From Gammaproteobacteria bacterium (GTDB lineage Bacteria > Pseudomonadota > Gammaproteobacteria > S012-40): a stretch of DNA of 64,000 bases. Shown here in pieces: positions 52,726 to 62,307 of the stretch; position 1 is the stretch's first letter; each line of letters starts with the position of its first letter. Location: assembly GCA_015487785.1 (NCBI GenBank), contig WFPC01000025.1, positions 6,654 through 70,653 of the forward strand, in the 5' to 3' direction. The translations under genes were made by a program, and so were the position numbers. The notes beneath the pieces were generated by a model that saw only the letters and a program-made list of their open reading frames with translations, did not search any database and was not told where the DNA came from.

Positions 52726-54357
52726 TCATGCATGGTTTAGCCGTTGCTCCCGGTCGTGGCGTTGCAGTTGATCGAAATTGAGCATGTGATCGTAGTCGTT
52801 TTCCAGTTGGATCTTGAAATTGTGGTATAGGGGGTCATCCTGGTGCCTGTTGTTCAGTACGGCTTCGGCGGCATCATGCCAGATCTCGGCTTCTTCACGG
52901 TGTGCCCAGAATACGTCGGGCATTTCCGGAATATAGATGCTGTCGACCCGGCTGAGGACCTGGTAGATATAGGTGAAAACATGGGCCCGGTCAATGGCGT
53001 CGGCGTCGGGTCGAGGCAGGTTCTGGATGTTTTGCAGCATGGTGCGATATTCGTCGATACTCTTGGGCTCCAGGGTGAAGCCAAAGTCGGTGAACAGGCT
53101 CTTGCCCGCGCAGATGGCGGGAATGCCCTTGCTGGGGAACTCCAGCGCGGCCGAGCCGGTGACGGTAATGACCGCGGTGGCAATGTGGAACAGACTGGCG
53201 GTATTCATGTCGGTGGGGGAGAGGGCGATGTGAGGGTATTTCTCGATATACGCCCGGCTGAGATTTTCCGCCGAATGATCGGTTTTGTAATGCTTGTTGT
53301 CGGGATGGGGTTTGATCAGCCAGTTGACCTGGGGGATGTCCTTGATGATCTCCAGGGTTTCCTGCAGCCAGATATAGTAGTCGTCGTAGATCATCCAGTC
53401 GAAGCTGTGCGGGGCATCGGCCAAGATGTGTGACATGACGCCCACCACGGGTTTGCCGGGATCGAAGCCGGTGGCCTGATCCAGTTCCTCCCGGCGGTAG
53501 ATCTTTTTGTGATCGCCATAGGCCTCCACGGCATCCCATTTCTTGTTGCGCAAGGGCATGGACATGCGCTGGTCGAGATAATTCCGCGCCTCGCGAATGG
53601 CCAGGTCGTGATAGTTGTCGTAGATGTAGGCGAACTCCTCCGGTGAAAACTTGAATTCGTGATTGCGGATCTGTTCCAGCGAGGTGTACTTGCGAATGGT
53701 AAAGGGACCCGCGGCGAATTTGCGTCCAAACACGGTGCCACCGCTTTTTAGCAGGCTTCGAGCCAGGGTGCCGAAATTAGAATAGATGGTATGGCCCTGG
53801 ACCGACATCACGGCCTGATTCTGCTTGATCATGTTCTGAAACAGGATGACATCGCGCACTGCCTGTAACAGGTGATTGAGCACCACGTTGTCGATTTTCT
53901 CTATGGTGCCATTGGTGGTGCTGCGCATGTAACTGTCGTAGATGAGATCGCCGATGAGGATGCCGCCGAAATGGTAGTTGAGCAAGGTCTTGCGCTGTTG
54001 TTCGATGGTCTGACCGCCGAAGATCTGGTTGGCATCCAGCTTGAGATTCACGGGCAGGGGAGTGTCGTAGTAGAGAAAGCCATCGAAGCAAAAGGAATTG
54101 GCCACGGCCACCTCGGTGAAAGAAGACTTGGAACGCACCACTCCGATGACGCGATAGCCATAGTGTTCCTGGAGGTACTTGGCAATGAGGCAGTTGCCAA
54201 TGAGATAGCCGGCGTGTCCCACCATGAGGTCCACCAGAATGGCCTGTGGTTGACGCGCTGTCGCGGGCGCGACCTGGCTCCAGTAACGCTGGTTGACTTC
54301 CAGGTAGCGGTTGAATTCGGCAAGCCTCTTCTGTGCGATGTCACTGTCATTGCTCAT
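52726..54357 (-). CDS. Capsule-synthesis (KpsS/KpsC-like) putative glycosyltransferase
   Basis: WLIKPHP motif, TVTGSAALE, YIWLQETL; GGAG RBS. Family assigned from motifs only. Confidence 0.6.
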   Translation of the reverse strand: MSNDSDIAQKRLAEFNRYLEVNQRYWSQVAPATARQPQAILVDLMVGHAGYLIGNCLIAKYLQEHYGYRVIGVVRSKSSFTEVAVANSFCFDGFLYYDTPLPVNLKLDANQIFGGQTIEQQRKTLLNYHFGGILIGDLIYDSYMRSTTNGTIEKIDNVVLNHLLQAVRDVILFQNMIKQNQAVMSVQGHTIYSNFGTLARSLLKSGGTVFGRKFAAGPFTIRKYTSLEQIRNHEFKFSPEEFAYIYDNYHDLAIREARNYLDQRMSMPLRNKKWDAVEAYGDHKKIYRREELDQATGFDPGKPVVGVMSHILADAPHSFDWMIYDDYYIWLQETLEIIKDIPQVNWLIKPHPDNKHYKTDHSAENLSRAYIEKYPHIALSPTDMNTASLFHIATAVITVTGSAALEFPSKGIPAICAGKSLFTDFGFTLEPKSIDEYRTMLQNIQNLPRPDADAIDRAHVFTYIYQVLSRVDSIYIPEMPDVFWAHREEAEIWHDAAEAVLNNRHQDDPLYHNFKIQLENDYDHMLNFDQLQRHDREQRLNHA

Positions 54358-54396
54358 GGCATACTCCAGGGTGATGACGGATGATGTGGGCAATTA

Positions 54397-54412
54397 CGCA
54401 AAATCCAAGCCA
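54397..54412 (-). promoter_or_regulatory. Sigma54 promoter for the minus-strand tailoring operon
   Basis: Minus strand TGGCTTGGATTTTGCG (GG-N10-GC), about 40 bp before the ATG at 54357. Confidence 0.75.
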
Positions 54413-54423
54413 GAAACCGTATC

Positions 54424-54439
54424 CGGTGCGGTTATTGCC
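54424..54439 (+). promoter_or_regulatory. Sigma54 promoter candidate for the first GT41 gene
   Basis: CGGTGCGGTTATTGCC (GG-N10-GC), back to back with the minus-strand motif. Confidence 0.55.
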
Positions 54440-54482
54440 TGTAGCTTGGTGGGAACGATCACCGAACGATCACCGGGAGTGC

Positions 54483-56384
54483 ATGATGGAAAGAGACACC
54501 GTCCAGGCCTTGTTGGACAAGGGCTTTGCCTTGCATCGCGCGGGCCAAGCCGAGGCGGCGAGGGATCTCTATCTCGCCGTGTTGGCCCGTTGTCCCGGGC
54601 ACGCCGAGGCAAGAAACCTCCTTGGCCTGGCCTTGCACCAGATGGGTGACAATGCGGCTGCCCTGAGGGAATTGCGCCAGGCCATCGAACTGGCGCCGGA
54701 CAACGCCCATTACCACTACAACGCGGGCGTGGTGCTACAGGCCCTGGGGCGGCACGAGGACGCCCTGCGGCATTATGGGAAGGCCATCGACCTGCAACCG
54801 GGCTATGTTCTGGCGCACAACAATTGCGGTGTGATCTGGCGTCAGCTCGGCGACGACGAGAAGGCGCGTGCCTGCTATAGGGAGGCCTTGCAATATGAAC
54901 CCCGCAGCGCCGAATTGCTCAACAACCTGGCCGCCACCTATCGCCGCGAGGCCGACGCTCGGCAGATGCTGGCCTATGCCGAGGCGGCCCTGCGTGAGCG
55001 ACCCGACCTGGCGCAGGCCCATGTCAATAAAGCCTATGCCCTGGGCCGGCAGAATCGCATCGACGAGGCTTTGCAGGCCCTGCGACAGGGACTGGAGCTG
55101 GACCCCTCCATGGTGGAGGAACATTCCGTCTATCTGATGAACATGCACTATCTGGAGAAGTTTTCGGCCCGGGAGATAGCCGATGAACACCGGCGCTGGG
55201 GGCGCATGCATGCGGATTCCCTGTGGGATGGGCGGCCTCATGGCAATGATCCGGATCCCGTGCGGCGCCTGCGTATCGGCTATGTCTCACAGGATTTCTT
55301 CTTCCATTCGGTGGCCTATTTCTTCGAGCCCTTGCTGGAGCATCACAACAGGGCGGAGTTCGAGATCTATTGCTATTCCAGCGTGCGCGAGCCGGATCAT
55401 GTGACCGCGCGCATGCGCGCACAGGCCGATGAGTGGCGGGAGGTTGGTGAATTGAGCGATGCCGCTCTGGCCGAGCGTATCCGTCAGGACAGGATCGATA
55501 TCCTGGTGGACTTGTCCGGCCATACGCCGGGTCACCGCCTGCTGGCCTTTGCGCGCAAGCCGGCGCCGATCCAGATGACCTACATCGGTTATCCCGATAC
55601 CACCGGCATGCGGGCCATGGACTATCGCATCACCGATGCCGAAGCCGATCCCGTGGGGGCGACCGATGAACTGCATAGCGAGACCCTGGTCCGTCTCAAG
55701 CACGGTTTTCTGAGTTATCGGCCCAATGAGTTTGCACCCGAGGTGAGTTCCCTGCCGGCTCTGCGTAAGGGTTATGTCACCTTCGGTTCGTTCAACAGCT
55801 TTGCCAAGATGAGCGAATCTTGTATACGTCTGTGGTCGCGTATTCTACAGCAGTTGCCCGATGCCAGGCTGTGTCTCAAATATAGGAATCTGACTCAACA
55901 GGTGGTGCGGGAGAATCTGCTGGCGCGTTTCGCGCGCCATGGGGTGGAGAGTCGACGCATCGAGTTGCTGGATCATGCCGAACGAGCGGCGGAACATCTT
56001 GCGCTGTATGACGAGATCGATATCGCCCTCGATCCCTTTCCCTACAACGGTACCGCCACCACCTGCGAGGCGTTGTGGATGGGGGTGCCGGTGGTGTCAC
56101 TGGCGGGCGAGCATCATGTCTCGCGGGTGGGCCTGAGCCTGCTCAGCCATGTGGGCATGTCGCAGTTGGCGGCCAACAGCGAGGATGAATATGTGGGCCT
56201 GGCCGTGGCACTGGCCGGCCAGCTAGAGGATCTGGCCCGTATCCGGGCCAATCTGCGACCCATGATGGCACGTTCCGACCTTGCCAACGGAGCCTTGCTC
56301 ACGCATTCCATGGAGCAGGTCTATCGTGCCTTGTGGCAACATTATTGTCGTGAGAATCTGGTTGTTTCACCCATGTCCATGTAA
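54483..56384 (+). CDS. TPR + GT41 (O-GlcNAc transferase/SPINDLY-like) glycosyltransferase
   Basis: Multiple TPRs; RLRIGYVSQDF..HSV, DILVDLSGHT, PAPIQMTYIGYPDTTG, TFGSFN..K, DPFPYNGTATTCEALWMGVPVV. Confidence 0.92.
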   Translation: MMERDTVQALLDKGFALHRAGQAEAARDLYLAVLARCPGHAEARNLLGLALHQMGDNAAALRELRQAIELAPDNAHYHYNAGVVLQALGRHEDALRHYGKAIDLQPGYVLAHNNCGVIWRQLGDDEKARACYREALQYEPRSAELLNNLAATYRREADARQMLAYAEAALRERPDLAQAHVNKAYALGRQNRIDEALQALRQGLELDPSMVEEHSVYLMNMHYLEKFSAREIADEHRRWGRMHADSLWDGRPHGNDPDPVRRLRIGYVSQDFFFHSVAYFFEPLLEHHNRAEFEIYCYSSVREPDHVTARMRAQADEWREVGELSDAALAERIRQDRIDILVDLSGHTPGHRLLAFARKPAPIQMTYIGYPDTTGMRAMDYRITDAEADPVGATDELHSETLVRLKHGFLSYRPNEFAPEVSSLPALRKGYVTFGSFNSFAKMSESCIRLWSRILQQLPDARLCLKYRNLTQQVVRENLLARFARHGVESRRIELLDHAERAAEHLALYDEIDIALDPFPYNGTATTCEALWMGVPVVSLAGEHHVSRVGLSLLSHVGMSQLAANSEDEYVGLAVALAGQLEDLARIRANLRPMMARSDLANGALLTHSMEQVYRALWQHYCRENLVVSPMSM

Positions 56385-56391
56385 CCTGGCC

Positions 56392-59300
56392 TCAGGCGAG
56401 AGGATGTGAATATCCCAGCAGGCTCAGTGCTTCCCAGTAATCCATATTGCTTTCGAAGCGCTCACGGATATCGGCCGGCAAGGGGCGGGGTGCGGGTATC
56501 GTGATCTTGTCGCCGGAACGACCACCATTGCGTTCGCCGGTAATGTGGGCGTATTGGGCGAAGCGATTCACGAAGTCGTCCTGATAATTGATTCCGAGGA
56601 CGTTGCAGATGTGGCGCAACACCTTGTGCGGCTCGGCGCAGAAGTCTTCGTAGCGTATGAAACCCATTTCCCTGGCCTTGAGGGCGAATTGCCTGAAGCC
56701 TTTTAGGTAGTGGTCGATATCCAGCCTGCCCTGCATGATGGCCAGCTTCGACAGACTGAGAAACGTGTCTATGGGATGGCGCACGGTGGCAATTTGACGA
56801 ATGCCAAATTCATCCTGTAACAGCTCGCTCTGAGTCAGGCGATAGCTGGGGTGGTCCACGAAGGGCACACCGATGAAGTCGATGTGGCTCCAGTCTCGCA
56901 GAATCAGTTTCTGTCCAAGTTGGCGGGCCTTTTCCTCGATGATGCGAATACGCGCCTGGTAGTCGGGTAGTTCCCGTTTCAGGCGCTCGGCCTCTTCTGT
57001 GCTGAACAGTTCGAACCACTGGCAGGCCTGGTCCAGGGGGTCGGCCACCGAAACGATGGGGTGTATTTCGCTCAGCAGCAGGTTGCCCTCGATACAGGCC
57101 AGGCATTTCGAAATCAGGGTGCCACCGCTGCGAGCGAGATGGTAGACGATGGCCAGCTCGGGCCTGGCGACCGGGCGCTCGGCCACGCGGCGCGGATCCA
57201 CGGTGTGTTCCGCCGCGGAGGATTGGAGCTGGGCCTGCTGCCATTGCAGAACGGCCAGGCGTTGCTGAACACGTTCGCTCTGAAAGCCTAGTCGCTCGAA
57301 TAACTCCAGGCGCTCCAGATCCTCTTGGGTGGAAGCCAGCACATTGCTGGCACGGTTGTGTTCCAGGGCATCGATAATGGCCGCCAGACACCATTCGGCC
57401 AGGCGTTCTCCTGGGTCCTGGCGGTCGAAATACGCCGAGGGGGCCAGGAATGTCTCGTTGAAATCCAGGCTTTCACTGCAGGTGACATGCTGGAACAGCA
57501 GGTTGAGGACTTCGCAGGCATTGTCGCGCAGGCCGAGATCGGAGGCCATGCGGGCCAGGCTGAGCAGCCGTGGCAAGCTGGGGTGGTAATCGATGATGGC
57601 GACGAGCCCCTGAAAAGCCTCCAGCAGGCGGCCATAGCGCCAGGCGGGCGTTTGTTCGGGGTGCATGGCCTCGGTGTAATGAGCCAGGGCCTGATGATAT
57701 TCGTGGGCATGGGGCTGGGTTTCGCGCCGGTCATGCCATTCGTCGATGTAGGGGCGTGCATAGGGCAGTTGTTTCAGGGCCTGAGCCCAGCCACCGGCCT
57801 GGGCTGTGTGGGTGGGGATATCATCCAGAGAGGGTATCAGGACGCCTTGCAGGGCCAAGCGCTGGGCACGTTCGGGTTTGCACAGAAACAGGCTGCAGCG
57901 TTCTTCCGCCGGGCTCGTTTCATCGAAGATCACGGGAATGAGACATGCCAGTCCCGGAGCCAGACGAAAGGCCTTGTAGCCCCATTGCCGCAGAGTTGTC
58001 AGGGCCCCGGAAGCCTGGCGCAAATGGTCCTCCGGTGTTATGACGAGCAGGGCGTTTAGTTGTTGTATAAGCAACGACTCGTCCTGATGAAGGAAATGCT
58101 CCATTTGCGCCAGGCTGGAAAAACGGATCAGATCCACGCTCTGGCCCGCGGTGATTTCGCTCAGGGGGCGGTTTTCGTCGAGCAAGATGACCTTGTCCAG
58201 ATTGGCAATGTTGCTGGCCAGATGGTTGCGTAGCAGGACATGCTCCTCCCGGGCCAGAATGCGCGCCTGGGCAGGCGTGTTGTCGGCCGCGAAGCGACTG
58301 AAAACACCGATCTCGGCCGCCATATCGATTATCGTCTGGCTGTGTTCGAGAATGCGTGCGAGCACACGGGCATCGGGCTGGAACCAGGCCTGCTGCTCTA
58401 ATGGGGCGGAGATGCTAGGGGGCAGCTCGGCCAATGGAGCGCTGAAGCGGGCCTGGTGAAACTGGATGTGCAGGGCCTGATCGTCGCTGTGTACATGGGG
58501 CAGCACGCAGGCATCGGCTGGTGCCTGCCGTGATGGCCGGCTGTCGTCTGTATCGGGATCGAGATAGTGTTGCCACATGTGCGCATAGGCCTCTTCCACG
58601 TCCCGGATCATGGACTCGGCATCGGTGAGGCGGGAGTGGCGCAGGTGTTCGCGCAGGTTCTGGCGCAAGTGGCGCAAGGCTTCCGGTTGCCTGGCCAGTT
58701 CCACCGCGAGTTGGCAATAATGATCTTCTGAGCCGGCGATCAGGTCAACGAGGCCGGCCTGTTGCATGATGCTCACGCCGACGCGGGAGAGGTGTCGGTC
58801 ACCTTCCAACACGATGACCGGAACCCCCATCCACAGGGCCTCACAGGTGGTCGTGGTGCCATTGTAGGGGAAACTGTCCAGAGCGATGTCGACCCTCTGG
58901 TATTGCGCCATGTGCTCCAGCATGCTTTTGGTATAGGGGAGGATCTCGATACGCTCGGGGGCTATACCCTGTTTTTCAAACAAGTGGAGATAACGTTGGC
59001 GTGTTTCTTCCAGCGCCAGACCCTTGGATTTCAGTAGCAGGCGGCTGTTGGGCAGGGCAAGCAGGATTTTCGCCCACAGTTCCACGACATGCCGGTTGAT
59101 TTTCTTCAGGTTGTTGAATGAACCGAAAGTAATGAAACCGTTGCGCTCACAGGGGGGGGGCGTGATGTCCGGCACATTGACCGGGGGTTGATAACAGAGA
59201 AAGCCGTGCTTCAGGCGCAGCAAGGTCTCGGTATGCCATTGCTCGCTGTGTCCGGGGGGATCGGCCCAGGCATCGGTGATGCGATAGTCCATGGTGTCCA

Positions 59301-60339
59301 GGCCAGTGGTGTCGGGATAGCCCAGGTATGTTACCTGGATGGGAGCGGGTTTGCGCGCCAGGGCCTTCATGCGGTTGTAGGCGGTGTGGCCGGCCAGGTC
59401 CACCAGGATATCGATCTTGTCCTGGCGGATACGCTGGCAGAGTTCGTCGTCGGTCAGCCTATGGGTGTCACGCCAGTGATGCGAGAGCGTCTTGAGATGC
59501 TCGGTCAATTCGTCCGGGGTGGAGGTGTCGGAATAACAGAATATCTCGAACCTTTCCGCATCGTGGGATTTCAGCAGGGGGACGAAAAAATATGCCACCG
59601 AGTGAACCTTGAAATCCGGCGACAGGTAGGCGATGCGCAGGCGCCTGTCGGTGGTATTCAGCTTCTTGTGTTCGAAGCGGGGTAGCTGGCCATGGCGCCT
59701 GGCCCATTGCAGGTGTTCTTCGAACAGGGTCTGGGCATCAATCTCGGGGTCGTAGTGCAGATCGAGCAGGTAATTGGAATGTACACTGTGCAGGGAAGGA
59801 TCTGCCTGTAGCGCGCGGCGCGCCAGCGCCAGGGCCTTGTCTATCTGCCCGGTTTCGGCATAGGTGATGGCGAGATTGCCCATGGCCTTGGCTTCGGAAG
59901 GGTCCAGTTCGATGACTTTTTCTAGGTGGAAGATGGCATCGCTGTAGGCCTGGTTCATATAGTGTATGGCAGCCAGGTTGATGTGTGCGCTGCACAGTCC
60001 GGGTTCACGGGCCAGGGCCTGTTCATAGAAGTGAATGGCCTGGCCGTGATCATTGATGCGATGATGACACAGTCCCAGGTTGTAGATGACTCTGGCGTTG
60101 CTGCCATCGATGCGCAGGGATTTTTCCAAGTAGCCTATGGCTTCTTCGAAACGGTTCTGGTCCAGGCAGGCCTGACCCAGGCTGGCCAGCAACGGCGCAT
60201 TGTCGGGGTGTTCGGTGAGCAATAGCCGGTAGAGTTTTTCCGCCCTGGCAAAGTCACCGGCCTGGTGAGCCTCGATGGCCTGGCTGCCCAGGGTTTCGTT
60301 CTGTGCCTGCTGTCGTTTCTTGCGTTTCGCCCGCGCCAT
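56392..60339 (-). CDS. TPR + GT41 glycosyltransferase fused to a degenerate FkbM-like domain and a C-terminal sulfotransferase
   Basis: TPRs; RLRIAYLSPDF..HSV, DLAGHT, YLGYPDTTG, FGSFNNLKK, DSFPYNGTTTTCEALWMGVPV; IIDMAAEIG; HLARSGGT and RHPIDTFLS PAPS motifs. Start set at MARAKRKK behind AAGGA (ORF track extends to 60387). Confidence 0.88.
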   Translation of the reverse strand: MARAKRKKRQQAQNETLGSQAIEAHQAGDFARAEKLYRLLLTEHPDNAPLLASLGQACLDQNRFEEAIGYLEKSLRIDGSNARVIYNLGLCHHRINDHGQAIHFYEQALAREPGLCSAHINLAAIHYMNQAYSDAIFHLEKVIELDPSEAKAMGNLAITYAETGQIDKALALARRALQADPSLHSVHSNYLLDLHYDPEIDAQTLFEEHLQWARRHGQLPRFEHKKLNTTDRRLRIAYLSPDFKVHSVAYFFVPLLKSHDAERFEIFCYSDTSTPDELTEHLKTLSHHWRDTHRLTDDELCQRIRQDKIDILVDLAGHTAYNRMKALARKPAPIQVTYLGYPDTTGLDTMDYRITDAWADPPGHSEQWHTETLLRLKHGFLCYQPPVNVPDITPPPCERNGFITFGSFNNLKKINRHVVELWAKILLALPNSRLLLKSKGLALEETRQRYLHLFEKQGIAPERIEILPYTKSMLEHMAQYQRVDIALDSFPYNGTTTTCEALWMGVPVIVLEGDRHLSRVGVSIMQQAGLVDLIAGSEDHYCQLAVELARQPEALRHLRQNLREHLRHSRLTDAESMIRDVEEAYAHMWQHYLDPDTDDSRPSRQAPADACVLPHVHSDDQALHIQFHQARFSAPLAELPPSISAPLEQQAWFQPDARVLARILEHSQTIIDMAAEIGVFSRFAADNTPAQARILAREEHVLLRNHLASNIANLDKVILLDENRPLSEITAGQSVDLIRFSSLAQMEHFLHQDESLLIQQLNALLVITPEDHLRQASGALTTLRQWGYKAFRLAPGLACLIPVIFDETSPAEERCSLFLCKPERAQRLALQGVLIPSLDDIPTHTAQAGGWAQALKQLPYARPYIDEWHDRRETQPHAHEYHQALAHYTEAMHPEQTPAWRYGRLLEAFQGLVAIIDYHPSLPRLLSLARMASDLGLRDNACEVLNLLFQHVTCSESLDFNETFLAPSAYFDRQDPGERLAEWCLAAIIDALEHNRASNVLASTQEDLERLELFERLGFQSERVQQRLAVLQWQQAQLQSSAAEHTVDPRRVAERPVARPELAIVYHLARSGGTLISKCLACIEGNLLLSEIHPIVSVADPLDQACQWFELFSTEEAERLKRELPDYQARIRIIEEKARQLGQKLILRDWSHIDFIGVPFVDHPSYRLTQSELLQDEFGIRQIATVRHPIDTFLSLSKLAIMQGRLDIDHYLKGFRQFALKAREMGFIRYEDFCAEPHKVLRHICNVLGINYQDDFVNRFAQYAHITGERNGGRSGDKITIPAPRPLPADIRERFESNMDYWEALSLLGYSHPLA
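59152..59160 (-). repeat. C9 homopolymer (coding strand) inside the second GT41 gene
   Basis: ACG CCC CCC CCC TGT encodes T-P-P-P-C; longest homopolymer noticed in the window. Confidence 0.85.
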
Positions 60340-60382
60340 GTTTTCACTGGATCCTTGCATCATGAGATTGTGGTTATTTGTA

Positions 60383-60398
60383 CGCAAGCAATATGCCG
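60383..60398 (-). promoter_or_regulatory. Sigma54 promoter for the GT41-sulfotransferase gene
   Basis: Minus strand CGGCATATTGCTTGCG (GG-N10-GC). Confidence 0.72.
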
Positions 60399-60573
60399 TT
60401 TCGGCTGCCGCCGGGAGGCAAGAGTTTGCCTATCGGCGGCAAGGATTGTGGAATCTGATCATCTGGCTATTTCTTCTGGGGACCACTCGAACAGAATTGA
60501 CAAAAGGCTATTTCGTTGTAACTATATGATTTAAAACAAATAATTTATTTTATTGTGGCATGGGCCAAAGAGT

Positions 60574-60589
60574 TGGCATGTGGCCTGCA
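60574..60589 (+). promoter_or_regulatory. Sigma54 promoter for flagellin 1
   Basis: TGGCATGTGGCCTGCA (GG-N10-GC) preceded by an AT-rich tract at 60510-60554; no sigma28 match seen. Confidence 0.7.
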
Positions 60590-60718
60590 GTTGTGCTGGG
60601 GCAAGAAGCATGTTGCGTGCTTGCCGAGTCGCGGAGAACGCAAAGTACGTGGTCCGTGAGTGCAAGCGGGTTTGCACAGGCAAGATTCGTACTTTAAACG
60701 ACATGAGGAATTTCAGCC

Positions 60719-62167
60719 ATGCCTCAAATAATCAACACCAATATCATGTCCCTGAATTCGCAGCGGAACCTCAACCGCTCCCAGGGAGCCATGCAGACCG
60801 CCTTGTCCCGCCTGTCTTCCGGCCTGCGGATCAACAGCGCCAAGGACGATGCCGCGGGCCTGGCGATTTCCGAGCGCTTCACCTCGCAGATAAAGGGGCT
60901 CACGGTGGCGGCACGAAATGCCAACGACGGTATTTCCCTGTCCCAGGTGGCCGAGGGCGCCCTGGGTGAAATCGGCAATATCTTGCAGCGTATTCGCGAG
61001 CTGGCGGTGCAATCCATCAATGCCACCAACTCCGCCACCGATCGCCAGGCCCTGAACGCCGAGGTGGGGCAGTTGACCGCGGAACTGGATCGGATTGCCA
61101 AGACCACCGAGTTCAACGGCCAGAAGATTCTCGATGGTTCCTTCACCACGGCCTTGTTCCAGGTGGGGGCCAATGCCAACCAGATGATCGTGGCCACCAC
61201 GGCCAATTTCCAGGCCAATCAATACGGTGACTATCGTGTCGAGGGTTATGGCACCTCGGTGGCCACGGCCTCGCGTTATCTTGCCGCCAACAGTTTCAGC
61301 GTGGTGGGCTCGGAAGGGGCGGCGACAATCAGCTTCGCCGCTGGTGCCAGCGCCAAGGATATTGCCGCCGCAACCAACCTGGAGGCCGACAATACCGGCG
61401 TGAAGGCCTTTGCCATCACCGAGACCGATGTGACCTTCGGGGCCGCTGGTGCCTACCAATTCACCCTGGAAGGGGAGAATGCGGGTTCCCCGGTCACGGT
61501 GGGTTTTTCCATTACCGCGGCCACGGGTTCGGAAGCCTTGTCGGCGGCGGTGACGGCGTTCAACGACCAGACTGCGCGTACCGGTATCGTGGCTACGGTG
61601 AAACCGGACGGTTCGGGGATTCGCCTGACCAACTATGAAGGCGAGGACATCGTGCTGAACGACACCACTTTTACCAACAGCGGTAACGTGACGGTGACCG
61701 GCGCGGGCGCGGGCTCGGTGACTCTGACGGCGGATTCCATATCGGATCCGTCGGTGAGTGTGGGGCAGGTGATCTTCGATTCCAACAAGTCCTTCACCAT
61801 GACCGGCACCGCCGCAGAGGTCTTGACCAACGCTTCGGAGGCTTCGGTATTGAAAGATGTCGCCTCACTGAGCATCGATACGGTGGACAATGCCAACGTG
61901 GCCCTGGTGATCGTGGACGCGGCCATCGCCCGGGTGAGCGATCAACGGGCCAGGTTCGGTGCCCTGCAGAGCCGCTTCGAGGCGACCATCCGGAACCTGG
62001 AGACCAGTGTGGAGAATCTCAGCGCCGCTCGTTCACGGATACGGGATGCGGATTTCGCGGCCGAGACCTCGGAGCTGACCCGTACCCAGATCCTGCAGCA
62101 GGCCGGTACCGCCATGCTGGCCCAGGCCAACCAGATTCCACAGAACGTACTCAGTCTGTTGCAGTAG
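60719..62167 (+). CDS. fliC: Flagellin 1
   Basis: [57 protein letters not shown]. Confidence 0.97.
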   Translation: MPQIINTNIMSLNSQRNLNRSQGAMQTALSRLSSGLRINSAKDDAAGLAISERFTSQIKGLTVAARNANDGISLSQVAEGALGEIGNILQRIRELAVQSINATNSATDRQALNAEVGQLTAELDRIAKTTEFNGQKILDGSFTTALFQVGANANQMIVATTANFQANQYGDYRVEGYGTSVATASRYLAANSFSVVGSEGAATISFAAGASAKDIAAATNLEADNTGVKAFAITETDVTFGAAGAYQFTLEGENAGSPVTVGFSITAATGSEALSAAVTAFNDQTARTGIVATVKPDGSGIRLTNYEGEDIVLNDTTFTNSGNVTVTGAGAGSVTLTADSISDPSVSVGQVIFDSNKSFTMTGTAAEVLTNASEASVLKDVASLSIDTVDNANVALVIVDAAIARVSDQRARFGALQSRFEATIRNLETSVENLSAARSRIRDADFAAETSELTRTQILQQAGTAMLAQANQIPQNVLSLLQ

Positions 62168-62180
62168 ATGTTTCCCCTCC

Positions 62181-62206
62181 GGCGGCCCGTCCCGGGCCGC
62201 CCGTTT
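62181..62206 (+). terminator. Possible terminator after flagellin 1
   Basis: 9-bp stem GGCGGCCCG/CGGGCCGCC with a short U-run. Confidence 0.45.
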
Positions 62207-62280
62207 CCCCTCGGTTTCCTGGGGTTTCGGCGCGAGCCCAAGGGTTTCGCGAGCCTGTCCGCAGCCGGACAAAATTTGCT

Positions 62281-62307
62281 TAAAGTTTCCCCTCAAGCGG
62301 GCGATAC
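62281..62307 (+). promoter_or_regulatory. Sigma28 promoter for flagellin 2
   Basis: TAAAGTTT extended -35; TAAA-N15-GGCGATAC. Confidence 0.82.
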
